A stretch of DNA of 64,000 nucleotides from Thermodesulfobacteriota bacterium (GTDB taxonomy: Bacteria > Desulfobacterota > Desulfobacteria > Desulfobacterales > SURF-7). Position 1 is the stretch's first letter, and the number at the start of each line of letters is the position of its first letter. This document shows positions 40,057-50,066 of this stretch, piece by piece. Made by a program: the position numbers and the translations under genes. The notes below the pieces were generated by a model that had not been told where the DNA came from, made no database searches, and saw only the letters and a list, made by a program, of their open reading frames with translations. Where the stretch lies: assembly GCA_049320885.1 (NCBI GenBank), contig JBMORA010000033.1:47500-111499 (forward strand), written 5' to 3'.

Positions 40057-41150
40057 AGGTAAGCCTCCTGGCGGTCCGGCGCCACCATGACGGTGTCCAG
40101 ATGCATGGGTTGAAAGTCCTTGCTCTTATCCCGGTCTGGAATTACGGCGTCAAGACCGCAGATTTCCGAGGAAAACGCATAGCACCCCGGCCGGCCCCCC
40201 ACAACGCCGGGACGCAGTTTTTTGCGGTCCTGCACCATGAAAAGCGTATGATCCGGCAGGCTGCCGATGACACAATTGGGCCCGTCGATGATCAACCGGC
40301 GGCAGCTCTGTTTCAACTGCTTCAGTATCGGGGCGTCGGGGTGACGCTGCAGATCCTCGTCCTGGAGCGGGGTAATGATGTGTTTGTAGGCCTCAAGAGG
40401 CAGCCCCAACTTTGATACGGCATAATGAAGGATATGGGTGAACACCTCCGAATCGGACTGAAATCCGGTATAACCCGGGAAGCCTCTGGACATGAGGTAT
40501 TCCCTGATGGGCACGAAGGCGGTGTTCTCCCCGTTGGTCATGGTGGAAAAACCCTCCACGAAAAACGGATGACAGGCATACAGATTGATGGCGTAGTTGG
40601 TATTCTGACGTCCCTGGGCCATGATGATGCGCGCCCGAAGGTCCTCCCGGTCGAAATGCATGTACCGGCCCACCGTCAGCGGATCCCCGATTTCCTTGAT
40701 CATGATCACATCGGGCCAGAAGGAAAACACGATCATATCCTGTTTTTCAAGTCCCATCTGCCGCAATTCGAGCCGCACCAGCATCAGTTTTTCACCCAGC
40801 TGCTTGAAATCCAGCCCTTCCCAGTCGGCCGGATATTCATAGGCCCGCACCAAATAGACATCCCGCTTGGGAACGCCCGCCGCAACTGTTTTCGGCAACT
40901 TGAAGGTTATTTTGTATTTGGTCATGAAGCCGAGGTTCATCATATAATTGTCCAGACGCTTGATTCCCTCATGGGTAAAGATTCCGGACAGAATCGGGGC
41001 ATCCTTGATTTGTTCGAACGGACCGCCAAGGTCCCGCAGGAACAAACCGACTCCCGAGCCGTCATGCCCTTCCCGCATCACATCCAGCGCCTCAATGGCA
41101 ACCATCGGCGACAGCGGCTGGTCACTCGTAATGGCAAACAAACGACACAT
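40020..41150 (-). CDS. Class II glutamine amidotransferase subunit of split glutamate synthase
   Basis: N-terminal MCRL nucleophile, NGEN, SDSEV, DGP, DRKKLRP. Confidence 0.85.
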   Translation of the reverse strand: MCRLFAITSDQPLSPMVAIEALDVMREGHDGSGVGLFLRDLGGPFEQIKDAPILSGIFTHEGIKRLDNYMMNLGFMTKYKITFKLPKTVAAGVPKRDVYLVRAYEYPADWEGLDFKQLGEKLMLVRLELRQMGLEKQDMIVFSFWPDVIMIKEIGDPLTVGRYMHFDREDLRARIIMAQGRQNTNYAINLYACHPFFVEGFSTMTNGENTAFVPIREYLMSRGFPGYTGFQSDSEVFTHILHYAVSKLGLPLEAYKHIITPLQDEDLQRHPDAPILKQLKQSCRRLIIDGPNCVIGSLPDHTLFMVQDRKKLRPGVVGGRPGCYAFSSEICGLDAVIPDRDKSKDFQPMHLDTVMVAPDRQEAYLCRQTDRLPHLH

Positions 41151-41291
41151 GTTACCCTCCTGGGCAAACCGCCACCCGTACAGCGTGGGGTTTGGAATAC
41201 GAACAATCATCACCTCCCGATGTGCTCACCGCCGGTAATGGATCGTCCCGGCGGTTCGGGACCCCCGATTTTCACGGGCGGCTATTGATTG

Positions 41292-41307
41292 AGCAATAGC
41301 CATGCCA
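41292..41307 (-). promoter_or_regulatory. Sigma54 -24/-12 promoter
   Basis: TGGCAT-GGCTA-TTGCT on the minus strand, upstream of the glutamate synthase genes. Confidence 0.75.
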
Positions 41308-41536
41308 GCCGCCAGAAGCATGGCAACCTACTAAATTTAATATGGTTTATGCAATACACCAGAAACAACCCCCTGGGCGCAACACCAAATTTGTAATAAT
41401 TTTTTGCCAAAAATTACAAAATTGAAATCATTCTTCGCTGACGCGCCCTTCCGGTGTACATAAGGATCAAGGGTCGATGCGGTTGTAGTATATACAGGAA
41501 CCATGGACACCGGAAGTGGGGACGGATATGCCCTTT

Positions 41537-43441
41537 TTATGGCAGATGACACTGGGATGTCAATAAAGGGTTGTCCGCACCTGGGTCCATCAGCTTCCAT
41601 CCGGCTGTTGTCAGATGGGTAGCTAATAGAGCGACCTCGGGGATATGAATCAACAGGGAAACTTCGTCACCGGGCTTGGGCGGACCGAGATCGCCCACAG
41701 GGGTAACCCGTTTCCCGCCGTGAAGGCATAGCAGGAGGACACCGCTGTCCAACAAGCCCGCAGGGGAGTCTTTTTTCCCCATCACTAATTCCGTGCTTTC
41801 CCCTACAAACCAGCGTTGCAATCGGACCTGACTCCGCCGAATCCGCGTGCACCAAAGTTCCACATCCATGGGATTCAGAAAGGCGACCTGGGCGCCGAGA
41901 GGATGCAGCATGCTGGGTGACAGGGTATCGTTGTTGATTTTCAATGCCGAATATAGTTCGACGCCCCTGGCCTCCTGTTTAACTTTTTGGATAAAAAGGA
42001 AATTAACTTCATCATTGGGTGTAAGAGCCATAACGCCGATCCGGGTATCGATTTCCGCCCGTTGCAAGCTCCGGGATTGAATGGCATTGCCGAAAATCAC
42101 CCGGGTACAGTCTTTTTCCGCCGCCCGGCAGTTATCCGGATTACTGTCGATCAGAACCGTTTCCTGCCCATCCTCTCGCAGCAGTTTCGCCAAGGCCCGG
42201 GCCAATTCATTGGCACCCATAATCACCCAACCGTTTTGGCTGGGTCGCCGCAAGCCAAGAAGTCCGGCCACCCACCCACCGGTCAACCCGGCGCAAGCAA
42301 CGGTTACGGTAATGACGAGAAACACCAGGGCACGCAGTTCATATCCACCGGGAATGTTGTGCTCATTGAGAGACACGGCGAACAGGGATGCCACGGCGGC
42401 GGCAACGATGCCCCGAGGACCGATCCAGGCGATGAACAGCCGTTCCCTCCAGGCCATATTGGCCCCCATGGTGCTGAGCCATACGGCCAGGGGACGCACG
42501 AAAATCATCAGGGCGGCGGCGGTGGCGATTCCTGACCAACCCAATTGTTGAACCTGGCTCAATCGGATATCGGACGACAGCAGGACAAACAGCATGCCGA
42601 TGAGCATAACGGTTAGCTCTTCCTTGAACTCCGCGAGATCCTGCAGTGCATGGGTAGTGGAATTCCCCACCAGAATCCCGGCGACAGTGACGGCGGCGAT
42701 ACCGCTTTCCGACAGGATAGCGTTGGTCCCCTGAAAAAGGGCCAGAACGATACAAAGGGTAAAGACATTCTCGATGCCCTCCGGTAATATCCGGCGCATC
42801 CGGAATACTCCCACCACAAACAGACCGGCGACAACGCCGCAGAAGGCTCCGAACCCCAATCGGAAAACAATATGCCATATCCAGGTGGGCCAGCCACGGC
42901 CTGCCGGGCTCAACACGGCTTCCAGCGCAACCACGGCCACCACGGCGCCCAAGGCATCGATGAGCACGCCTTCTGCCTCGAGCACCGTGGCGACACCGCG
43001 TTTCACTTTCAGGCGTTTCAGCAGCGGATTGATCACCGTCGGGCCGGTGACCATCACCAGGGTGCCGAACAGCAGGGCTGTCTGCCAGGGCCATTGCATG
43101 ATCAAGCGGGCTGCCACCATGCCGCATAACATGGTAATCCAGCCGCCAAGCAGCACCAGCTGCCGGATGGAGCGCTGCTCTCGCCGCAATTTCTGGAATT
43201 TCAGACTCATCCCGCCTTCGAAGAGGATCACTGCCACGGCAAAGCCGGTAAGGATACCCAGAGCGGAACCAAGCCCCTGGGGTTGAATCCATCCTGCGCC
43301 GTCCGGACCGAACACCACGCCGGTAGCGAGCAGAACCACAATCCCGGGAATCCGCAAATGATGGGCCACGGATTGGGACACGATGCCCAATACCAATGCC
43401 AGGGCCACGGTCAGACCGGGATGGGTGACGATCGATTGCAT
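41537..43441 (-). CDS. CPA1 (NhaP-like) cation:proton antiporter with TrkA-N/RCK domain
   Basis: VAVILFEGG, TGPTVI, EGVLID, WIGPRGIVAA, IMGAN. Confidence 0.9.
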   Translation of the reverse strand: MQSIVTHPGLTVALALVLGIVSQSVAHHLRIPGIVVLLATGVVFGPDGAGWIQPQGLGSALGILTGFAVAVILFEGGMSLKFQKLRREQRSIRQLVLLGGWITMLCGMVAARLIMQWPWQTALLFGTLVMVTGPTVINPLLKRLKVKRGVATVLEAEGVLIDALGAVVAVVALEAVLSPAGRGWPTWIWHIVFRLGFGAFCGVVAGLFVVGVFRMRRILPEGIENVFTLCIVLALFQGTNAILSESGIAAVTVAGILVGNSTTHALQDLAEFKEELTVMLIGMLFVLLSSDIRLSQVQQLGWSGIATAAALMIFVRPLAVWLSTMGANMAWRERLFIAWIGPRGIVAAAVASLFAVSLNEHNIPGGYELRALVFLVITVTVACAGLTGGWVAGLLGLRRPSQNGWVIMGANELARALAKLLREDGQETVLIDSNPDNCRAAEKDCTRVIFGNAIQSRSLQRAEIDTRIGVMALTPNDEVNFLFIQKVKQEARGVELYSALKINNDTLSPSMLHPLGAQVAFLNPMDVELWCTRIRRSQVRLQRWFVGESTELVMGKKDSPAGLLDSGVLLLCLHGGKRVTPVGDLGPPKPGDEVSLLIHIPEVALLATHLTTAGWKLMDPGADNPLLTSQCHLP

Positions 43442-43494
43442 GACATATACCTATCCGTTGAACTCCTTTTCGTGCCAAATCGATTACGGCGATA

Positions 43495-43510
43495 TGGCAT
43501 AAATATTGCT
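43495..43510 (+). promoter_or_regulatory. Sigma54 -24/-12 promoter
   Basis: TGGCAT-AAATA-TTGCT. Confidence 0.7.
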
Positions 43511-43568
43511 TATTATAGAGGATACAACCATTTCATTCTATCTTCAACACCAAACAAAAGGATTCCCC

Positions 43569-44258
43569 ATGCCCGACATCATCCTTGGAGAAAAAACGTA
43601 TCATGTTGACCCGGTCGGCTTTTTGATGGATTTCAACCAATGGGATCGCGCCTTTGCCGAAAACCTGGCGCTGCGACTCTCGATACCGGGTGGTTTGACT
43701 GAAAAACATTGGCAGGTGATCAATTTCATCCGCGACTGGTATGAAAAGAAGGGGCTTTGTCCGTTGGTATATATTGTTTGTGAAATGAATAAGTTGCGTA
43801 TCAATGAGTTAATGGAATTGTTTCCCACCGGCTACCTACGCGGCGCCTGCAAGCTGGCGGGTATTACCTATAAATACGCCTACGATGGAAATGCCGGCAA
43901 ACTTTCGATCCTCGCGGGAAAAGAATCCGAAGCCTTTTCGGCAAGCCGGCGCGATCCGGAAATACGGCATTTTGAAAAAAGCTACCTGGTGGACGTTTGC
44001 GGATTTTTAATCAACCCGGGGTCCTGGGACGAACAGTTCGCGGTCCACAAGGCCTTTGAACTAAAACTTCCTGATTTACTGACGGATTCACACTGGAAGG
44101 TCATCCATTTCCTGCGCCGTTACTACTATCAAAACGGAAATGTTCCCACCGTGTATGATACCTGCTCCTATTTCGGCATGGAAATCGATGAGTTGGGCAA
44201 ATTATTTCCGGACGGTTATCACCGCGGAGCGGTCAAAATCGCCGGCCTGAGGGTATAG
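43569..44258 (+). CDS. Tandem two-domain DsrC/TusE-family protein
   Basis: Two repeats of VD..GFL....W, LT..HW.VI.F.R, LFP.GY.RGA.K.AG; ATG at 43569. Confidence 0.85.
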   Translation: MPDIILGEKTYHVDPVGFLMDFNQWDRAFAENLALRLSIPGGLTEKHWQVINFIRDWYEKKGLCPLVYIVCEMNKLRINELMELFPTGYLRGACKLAGITYKYAYDGNAGKLSILAGKESEAFSASRRDPEIRHFEKSYLVDVCGFLINPGSWDEQFAVHKAFELKLPDLLTDSHWKVIHFLRRYYYQNGNVPTVYDTCSYFGMEIDELGKLFPDGYHRGAVKIAGLRV

Positions 44259-44283
44259 CAACTCTCCCGGAAGGAGAGTTGCT
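44257..44283. terminator. Hairpin between convergent genes
   Basis: AGCAACTCTCC-CGGAA-GGAGAGTTGCT, perfect 11-bp stem, no U-tract. Confidence 0.5.
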
Positions 44284-44287
44284 CCCA

Positions 44288-45148
44288 TCAGGAGGCAGGC
44301 GTCTGGGGCAATATCAGCGGATTTACATTGGTATATCCTTTTGAGCGTGCAATCATGTCGAGATGCAGCGACGTCAGGTTTTCGATATCCGCATCCATCT
44401 CCTCGCCCGTGGAACGTAGATCCAGCACTTTCAAATACGTATGGCAATGGTCGCAAATTTCAACCCTGCTCTTGCCGTTTTCCAGTGCTGTCAAATAGGA
44501 AAGATGAGCAGGTTCCCTGGTCCCGCAACCGCAGCAGCGGAGACGAGGAAAAGACCATTTGGTCTTGCACGCCCCGCAAATCAGATATTTCTCCCCCGCT
44601 TCTCCTCGAAGAACCCCCAAAACCGGTTGTCCACCGCATACGGGACAATAACCGTATTCCCATTCCCCCCAGGCCGGCCTTTGATTGAGATGCGCTGCAT
44701 GAACCTCCAGCAGCGGGAATAGGATCTCCTTCAGAAAAAAAGAAAGCGCCTGGGGATACCGGGCAGGCGGCCGGCCCTGCAAGGCCTGCTGGATCACGCG
44801 GCCGAATTCCCCCTTGTCGCCGGCAAGCTCCGTCAATTGCTCCTTATCCCTTGAATCCAGGTTCTCGGTAATGGAAAGCAGCTGTACAAAATAGGCGTTC
44901 ATCAACGAAACATCGATCCCCAGATGGCGCATATCGATCAATGGGAACCCTGCTTTCAGTCGCTGCCGCATGTGATCATCGATATCGAGAGGGGTTATCG
45001 CACGCCGGAGGCGCTCCCGATAATCCCCCCTGATAGTCAGGACCCGTTTGTAAAAAGAAAGCAGTTCCGCGTAAACGGAATCCTCGGATGACGCTTGAAC
45101 CAATTCCGGTCCATCCCCGCCCGCGTTGATATCCATCGCCTGTCCCAT
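44288..45148 (-). CDS. fdhE: Formate dehydrogenase maturation protein FdhE
   Basis: CPVCGGQP, CGAC..W..PRLRCCGCG, CDHCHTYLK, LHLD; SD AGGAGG, ATG at 45148. Confidence 0.9.
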   Translation of the reverse strand: MGQAMDINAGGDGPELVQASSEDSVYAELLSFYKRVLTIRGDYRERLRRAITPLDIDDHMRQRLKAGFPLIDMRHLGIDVSLMNAYFVQLLSITENLDSRDKEQLTELAGDKGEFGRVIQQALQGRPPARYPQALSFFLKEILFPLLEVHAAHLNQRPAWGEWEYGYCPVCGGQPVLGVLRGEAGEKYLICGACKTKWSFPRLRCCGCGTREPAHLSYLTALENGKSRVEICDHCHTYLKVLDLRSTGEEMDADIENLTSLHLDMIARSKGYTNVNPLILPQTPAS

Positions 45149-45161
45149 GAAGACCTCCTGT

Positions 45162-45860
45162 CTATCCTGCCATTCGCATTGGTTTCGGAGCCATAACGGC
45201 GATTCTGTAAGGCCTGGACCGATGGTTATGCGCAATGGAGTAGCTGTCCTGACTTTCCGGCAGAATCCAAAGCGTATTGTATTCCTCACCGGGATACAAA
45301 TTCGCGTTTTTACCCAGTATGCGAATCCGATCATGGGCGAGTTTGAGCATATCCTGTTTCGGGCCGAACTGTAAGGCGCCTGTGGAACAGGCCGTGACAC
45401 AGGCGGGTTTGAGGCCGTTGGTGATGCGATCAATGCACATGGTGCATTTATGGATTCGCCCGGTCTCCTCATTTTTACGGGGAATATCATAGGGGCACTC
45501 GGCCAGAATGCTGTCATAATCCAGTTGTGCCGTTTTGTCGGTGAACACGATTGCTCCGCTGCCGTCGCGAATAATCGCGCCGGGAACGCTTTCCTCGGCC
45601 GCGGCCATGCATGGCGCATCCTCACAGTGCCGGCACCGGTCGTTGAAAAAAGTCCAGTCGATCCGTCCGCCCGACATCCGCGTTTCCATGAACACAATCC
45701 GGTTCCAGGTATTTTCAGACAGATCCGGCGGATTTTCATGACTTCCGCGGTTTTCCGTTTTATCCGCGCTGAGCCTGTTCCAGTTCTTGCACGCCACCTG
45801 GCAGGCCCGGCAGGCCGTGCATTTTGCTATATCGTTCAAGATGGCAAGTTCCATTTTCAT
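45162..45860 (-). CDS. fdhB: Formate dehydrogenase Fe-S (beta) subunit
   Basis: CTACRACQVACK, CRHCEDAPC, CPYDIP, KCTMCIDR, PACVTAC; no TM tail. Confidence 0.92.
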   Translation of the reverse strand: MKMELAILNDIAKCTACRACQVACKNWNRLSADKTENRGSHENPPDLSENTWNRIVFMETRMSGGRIDWTFFNDRCRHCEDAPCMAAAEESVPGAIIRDGSGAIVFTDKTAQLDYDSILAECPYDIPRKNEETGRIHKCTMCIDRITNGLKPACVTACSTGALQFGPKQDMLKLAHDRIRILGKNANLYPGEEYNTLWILPESQDSYSIAHNHRSRPYRIAVMAPKPMRMAG

Positions 45861-45864
45861 TCTC

Positions 45865-48800
45865 CTATGATTTGAGGATATCCACCATAAACACCTTGCT
45901 TTCCGGAATCATGGTATTGGCATCGCCGATGTTCGGTGTAACAAGGTTCGCGCTGTCGCCGAAAGTGAAGTATTGCGGTTTTTTGTCGTTCGCCTGATAC
46001 GTTCTTTCGGCTGTTGTCACCCAGCCGTAATGATAGGGTATTCCCACCTGGTGAATGGTTTTGCCGGTGACCGTGAAGGGCTGCCATCTCACCGTGACAA
46101 GTGCAATGGCGCCGACCTCCCCCCTGGCCGATACGACCCGGACTTTTTCGCCGTTCTTGATGTTTTTTTCATCCGCGAGCTCCTTGCTCATCTCCACGAA
46201 CATAGCTGGTTCCAGCTCCACCAGCCATGGTTGCCAGCGCGTCATGACCCCTGTCTGCCAGTGCTCGGTGACGCGATAGGTCGTGCAGACGATCGGGTAT
46301 TTCTTGTGGCCCTGGGCCCTCTTGTTGGTCTGTCCCATCGATTTATCCCGGTCCCATCGCTTTATCGCCGGATTGACGAATTGAGGGGACAAGGGATTTT
46401 TATCCAAAGGACTTTCAAGAGGTTCATAGTGCTCCGGGAATGGGCCGTCCTTTAGCCCCGGACCGAAGATGTGGCCATGGCCTTCCGCCTGCATGATAAA
46501 CGGATACCTGCCCGCAGCGCCGGCTGACAGGGGCGGCCAGCCCCCGTCCGGCACATCGCCTTTCCATACATTGAGATGCCACGTGATCACCGGCTTGTCG
46601 GGCGCCCAGGGTTGCCCTTCCAGATTCACGGAAGCGCGATTGTAAATGATTCTTCGATTCAGCGGCCAGCACCAGGCCCACCCGGAAAACAACCCGATGC
46701 CGGATGGATCTTCCTTGTTCCTTCTGGCTGCCATGTTTCCGTCTTCCGTATAGGAATTGCAGTAGATCCAGTTTCCGGATGAAGTCGAGCCGTCATCCCG
46801 CAAAAAAGTGAAATTCGGCACCAGCGACCGTTTGTTGTAGAGCTTGCCGTTAATGACCGTATCGTCCAGAAAGTATCCGTTGATTTCCCTGGCCACCATG
46901 TGCGGATCGATGTGGGTCACCTGGTTTTTTGCATTTTTGGGACCGTATTCCCATCGCAGCTTGACAATCGGGCCGGCAAATACACCCGGTTCTTTTTCAA
47001 ACAGCCCTTTCAGCCGCATGAGCAATGCGTTGATGATATCGCCATCCGGCTTGGCCTCCCCGGGAGGATTCACGGCCTTGTAGCGCCATTGCATCCAACG
47101 GCCGCTGTTCGATATGCTGCCTTCTTTTTCGTAGGAGGCGGCACATGGCAGCATAAAGACTTCCGTTTTGATTTTTTGGGGGTCCATGCCGGGCCCGCGC
47201 CAGAATGATCCGGTTTCGTTATCAAACAGATTGACATTTACCAGCCAGTCCAATTCGGTCAGTGCCTGACGGCTTTTATTCGCATTGGCCCCGCTGCAGG
47301 CCGGATTCTGCCCCCAGGAAAAGAACCCGGTAAACTTTTTTTGATACAGCTGATCGAAAATGGTCAACCAGGAGTAATCAACGCCATCATCCAATTTGGG
47401 CAGTAATTGATATGCCTCGTCAAGCGGCACCTCTTTCCCGTAAAATTCCCGGAGAAGACTGGCGCTGTATTTCGGATAATTCTGCCACCAGTTGGCGCTT
47501 TGGGGGTCGCTGGCCACGGGGGTGTTTTCCGTGGTATATTTCTTCCATGTCTCCTGGGAGGCTTTCGACGTTTTCAGATAGCCGGGTAAAATATGAAACA
47601 GCAGGCCTTGATCCGTAGACCCTTGCACATTGGCTTCACCCCTGAGCGCATTGACGCCCCCGCCGGCCATGCCCATGTTCCCGAGTAGAAGCTGAATGAT
47701 GCACATGGCCCTGATGTTCTGGGTGCCGACGGTGTGCTGGGTCCAACCCATGGCGTACAACACCGTCCCGGATTTATTCGGGGCGCCGGATTCGGCATAG
47801 GTCGAGTAAATTTTCATCAGGCTGTCTTGCGGGGTTCCGGTGATGGACGAAACAACTTCCGGCGTATACCGGGAATAATGCTTCTTCAGCAGCTGCAACA
47901 CGCAATGGGGGTTTTGAAGGGTTTTGTCTTTTTTGATACCACCGGCTTCATCCTTCTGATAGGCCCATGTCGCCTTGTTGTATTGCCCATCCACATAGCC
48001 TTCTTTTGTCTTGACGGCCTCCAGCCCGGAAAACACGCCGTCGTTTTCACCGGGCAGCCGGATATCCGGATTGATTAAGAAGGAGGCGTTCGTGTACTCC
48101 CGAACGTATTCTTCAAAATAGAGCTTGTTTTCCAGGATATACTTGATCATGCCCCCCAGGAAAGCGATATCGGTTCCCGACCGCAGGGGCGCATACAAAT
48201 GGGCTTTTTTGGAGGTTCTGGTGTACCGTGGATCCACGCTGATCATCACAGCGCCCTTATCAATGGCCCGCTGGATCCATTTGAAGGAGATGGGATGATT
48301 CTTGACCGGGTTGCTTCCCATGCATAGGATATAATCACTGTTTTTGATATCGATCCAGTGATTGGTCATTGCGCCGCGTCCGAACGACTCTGCCAGAGCC
48401 GCTACCGTCGCGGAGTGTCAGATCCTGGCCTGGTGCTCTATATAGACAAGCCCCAAGGCACGCAAAAATTTCTGATACAGATAGCATTCTTCGTTATCCA
48501 GGGCCGCACTTCCCAGCGATGCGATCCCCATGGTCCGGTTGACGGTCTGCCCCTTCGCGTTTGTTTTTTCGAAACTGGCCTCGCGGGATTTTTTGATATG
48601 ATGCGCGATTTTATCCAGGGCGAAGTCCCATGACACTTCCTCCCACTTGTCGCCATATGGCTTCCGGTACAGCGGCGTCGTGAGGCGGTTGGGGTTGTTA
48701 TGGGACAGCTGGTAGACCGACATGCCCTTGCTGCACAGGCTGCCTTCATTAATCGGATGATCGGGGTCTCCTTCGGTATTGACGACTTTTCCGTCAATGG

Positions 48801-48987
48801 TATGAACGAGGATGCCGCATCCCACAGCGCAGTAAGGACAAATCGTCGCGGTCTGCTTCGCATGCATAATCCGCAGGGAATACGCATAGGACTCGATGGG
48901 TTTCAAATCGAACCCCAGCGTTCCAAAAGCGATTCCCGCAACCGAGACTCCTGAAATTTTGATGAACTGCCGCCTGGTGATATTCAT
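45865..48987 (-). CDS. fdhA: Selenocysteine-containing Mo/W formate dehydrogenase alpha subunit (FdnG-type)
   Basis: Tat motif TRRQFIK, CPYCAVGC; in-frame TGA at 48418-48420 within HQARI-U-HSATVAALAESFGRGAMTNHW joins ORFs 48418..49101 and 45865..48369. Confidence 0.95.
48384..48402 (-). other. Candidate bacterial SECIS element
   Basis: GCGGCUCU-GGC-AGAGUCGU hairpin starting 15 nt after the UGA. Confidence 0.7.
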
Positions 48988-49205
48988 ATCGCATACCTCC
49001 TCTTCCCGGGCTTGCCCGTATATGGTTCCGAACCGGATTCGACCGTATATATATATATCCGCCGCCCATGGGGAGGCTGGAATAGCCGCGCGACACATCA
49101 CCCGGAATAGATCTTCTCCGCTGACGTCATCTTCCCTTCAGCACGGCATGCTTCGCCGCTGTTCAATAATGGTTTTCATGGATTCGTATTTTGTCCTAAT
49201 AACGC

Positions 49206-49221
49206 TGCAATATGAATGCCA
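49206..49221 (-). promoter_or_regulatory. Sigma54 -24/-12 promoter of the fdh operon
   Basis: TGGCAT-TCATA-TTGCA on the minus strand. Confidence 0.72.
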
Positions 49222-49315
49222 TCGACAAAACCATCGAATATCCTCATAATATTCTGTAAATTAACAATTTCATTTTAACGGAGATTTCCTTCCAGGCGTT
49301 TGGGGGCGACCAGCC

Positions 49316-49376
49316 TGTCGGACATTTTTACGATGTGTCAAGATTAATACCCACCGAAGTGTAAAAAAATCGATCA
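49316..49376. promoter_or_regulatory. Candidate EBP-binding sites upstream of fdh
   Basis: CGTAAAAATGTCCGACA (minus, 49316..49332) and TGTAAAAAAATCGATCA (plus, 49360..49376), each 14/17 identical to the 10051 site. Confidence 0.55.
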
Positions 49377-49488
49377 GCCATTGATCCGGTAATCGGATGG
49401 CGGGATCCGGGCGAGGCAGTAAACCATCGCACGAATGCGCGGTATCGCAAGCGATTGGGAAATGGAAACAAGAAGGCGCGGATTGGAC

Positions 49489-49519
49489 AAAAAAAGCCCT
49501 GCCGTCCCGGCAGGGCTTT
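49489..49519 (-). terminator. Intrinsic terminator of the ribosomal cluster
   Basis: AAAGCCCTGCCG-GGA-CGGCAGGGCTTTTTTT on the minus strand after rplQ. Confidence 0.88.
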
Positions 49520-49563
49520 CTTCTTGCTGTCATGCAATCGTTGGTGAAACGCGTTGGTTCCGA

Positions 49564-50058
49564 CTATTCGGTTTTGGTCGCCTCGGCCGTGGCTTCCGGT
49601 GCCGGAGCGGCTGGTGCGGCTTTGGTTTCCGCAGCCGCGGCCTGGGCCGGTTTTTCAGCCTTCTTCTTGGATTTGGCGGGTTTCTCTTTCTTGTCCTCCG
49701 GTTTTTCGCCGATCAGTTCGATCATGGAAACCGGCGCCGCGTCACCCGGCCGCCTGCCGACTTTCACAATTCGGGTATAGCCGCCCGAAATGCCGGCGAA
49801 TCGCTTCCCGGCTTCCTCGAAAATCTTGTGGACGACATCTTTTTCCATAATGATGGCCAGGGCCTGCCGTCTGGCATGCAAATCCCCGCGCTTGGCCAGG
49901 GTGACGATTTTATCCGCCCAGCGCCGAAGTTCCTTGGCCTTCACATCCGTCGTCTGAAGGCGATCGTATTTGAATAAAGAAGTGACCATGTTCTTGAACA
50001 TGGCATCCCTGTGGCTCTTGGTTCTGTTAAGTTTGACTCCACTATTTCTATGTCTCAT
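49564..50058 (-). CDS. rplQ: 50S ribosomal protein L17
   Basis: [16 protein letters not shown]; Ala/Lys-rich tail. Confidence 0.97.
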   Translation of the reverse strand: MRHRNSGVKLNRTKSHRDAMFKNMVTSLFKYDRLQTTDVKAKELRRWADKIVTLAKRGDLHARRQALAIIMEKDVVHKIFEEAGKRFAGISGGYTRIVKVGRRPGDAAPVSMIELIGEKPEDKKEKPAKSKKKAEKPAQAAAAETKAAPAAPAPEATAEATKTE

Positions 50059-50066
50059 CGGACCAC

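Noticed and set aside
43461..43478. TGGCAC on the minus strand upstream of the antiporter
   Set aside because: The -12 element is missing (reads GGAGT)
43569..44258. Calling this gene dsrC or tusE
   Set aside because: It lacks the C-terminal catalytic Cys and is a tandem fusion
45149..45739. N-terminal extension of ORF 44288..45739
   Set aside because: Overlaps fdhB in another frame; fdhE has an SD and ATG at 45148
48370..48420. fdhA as a nonsense pseudogene
   Set aside because: The in-frame TGA is at the known Sec position and is followed by a SECIS-like hairpin
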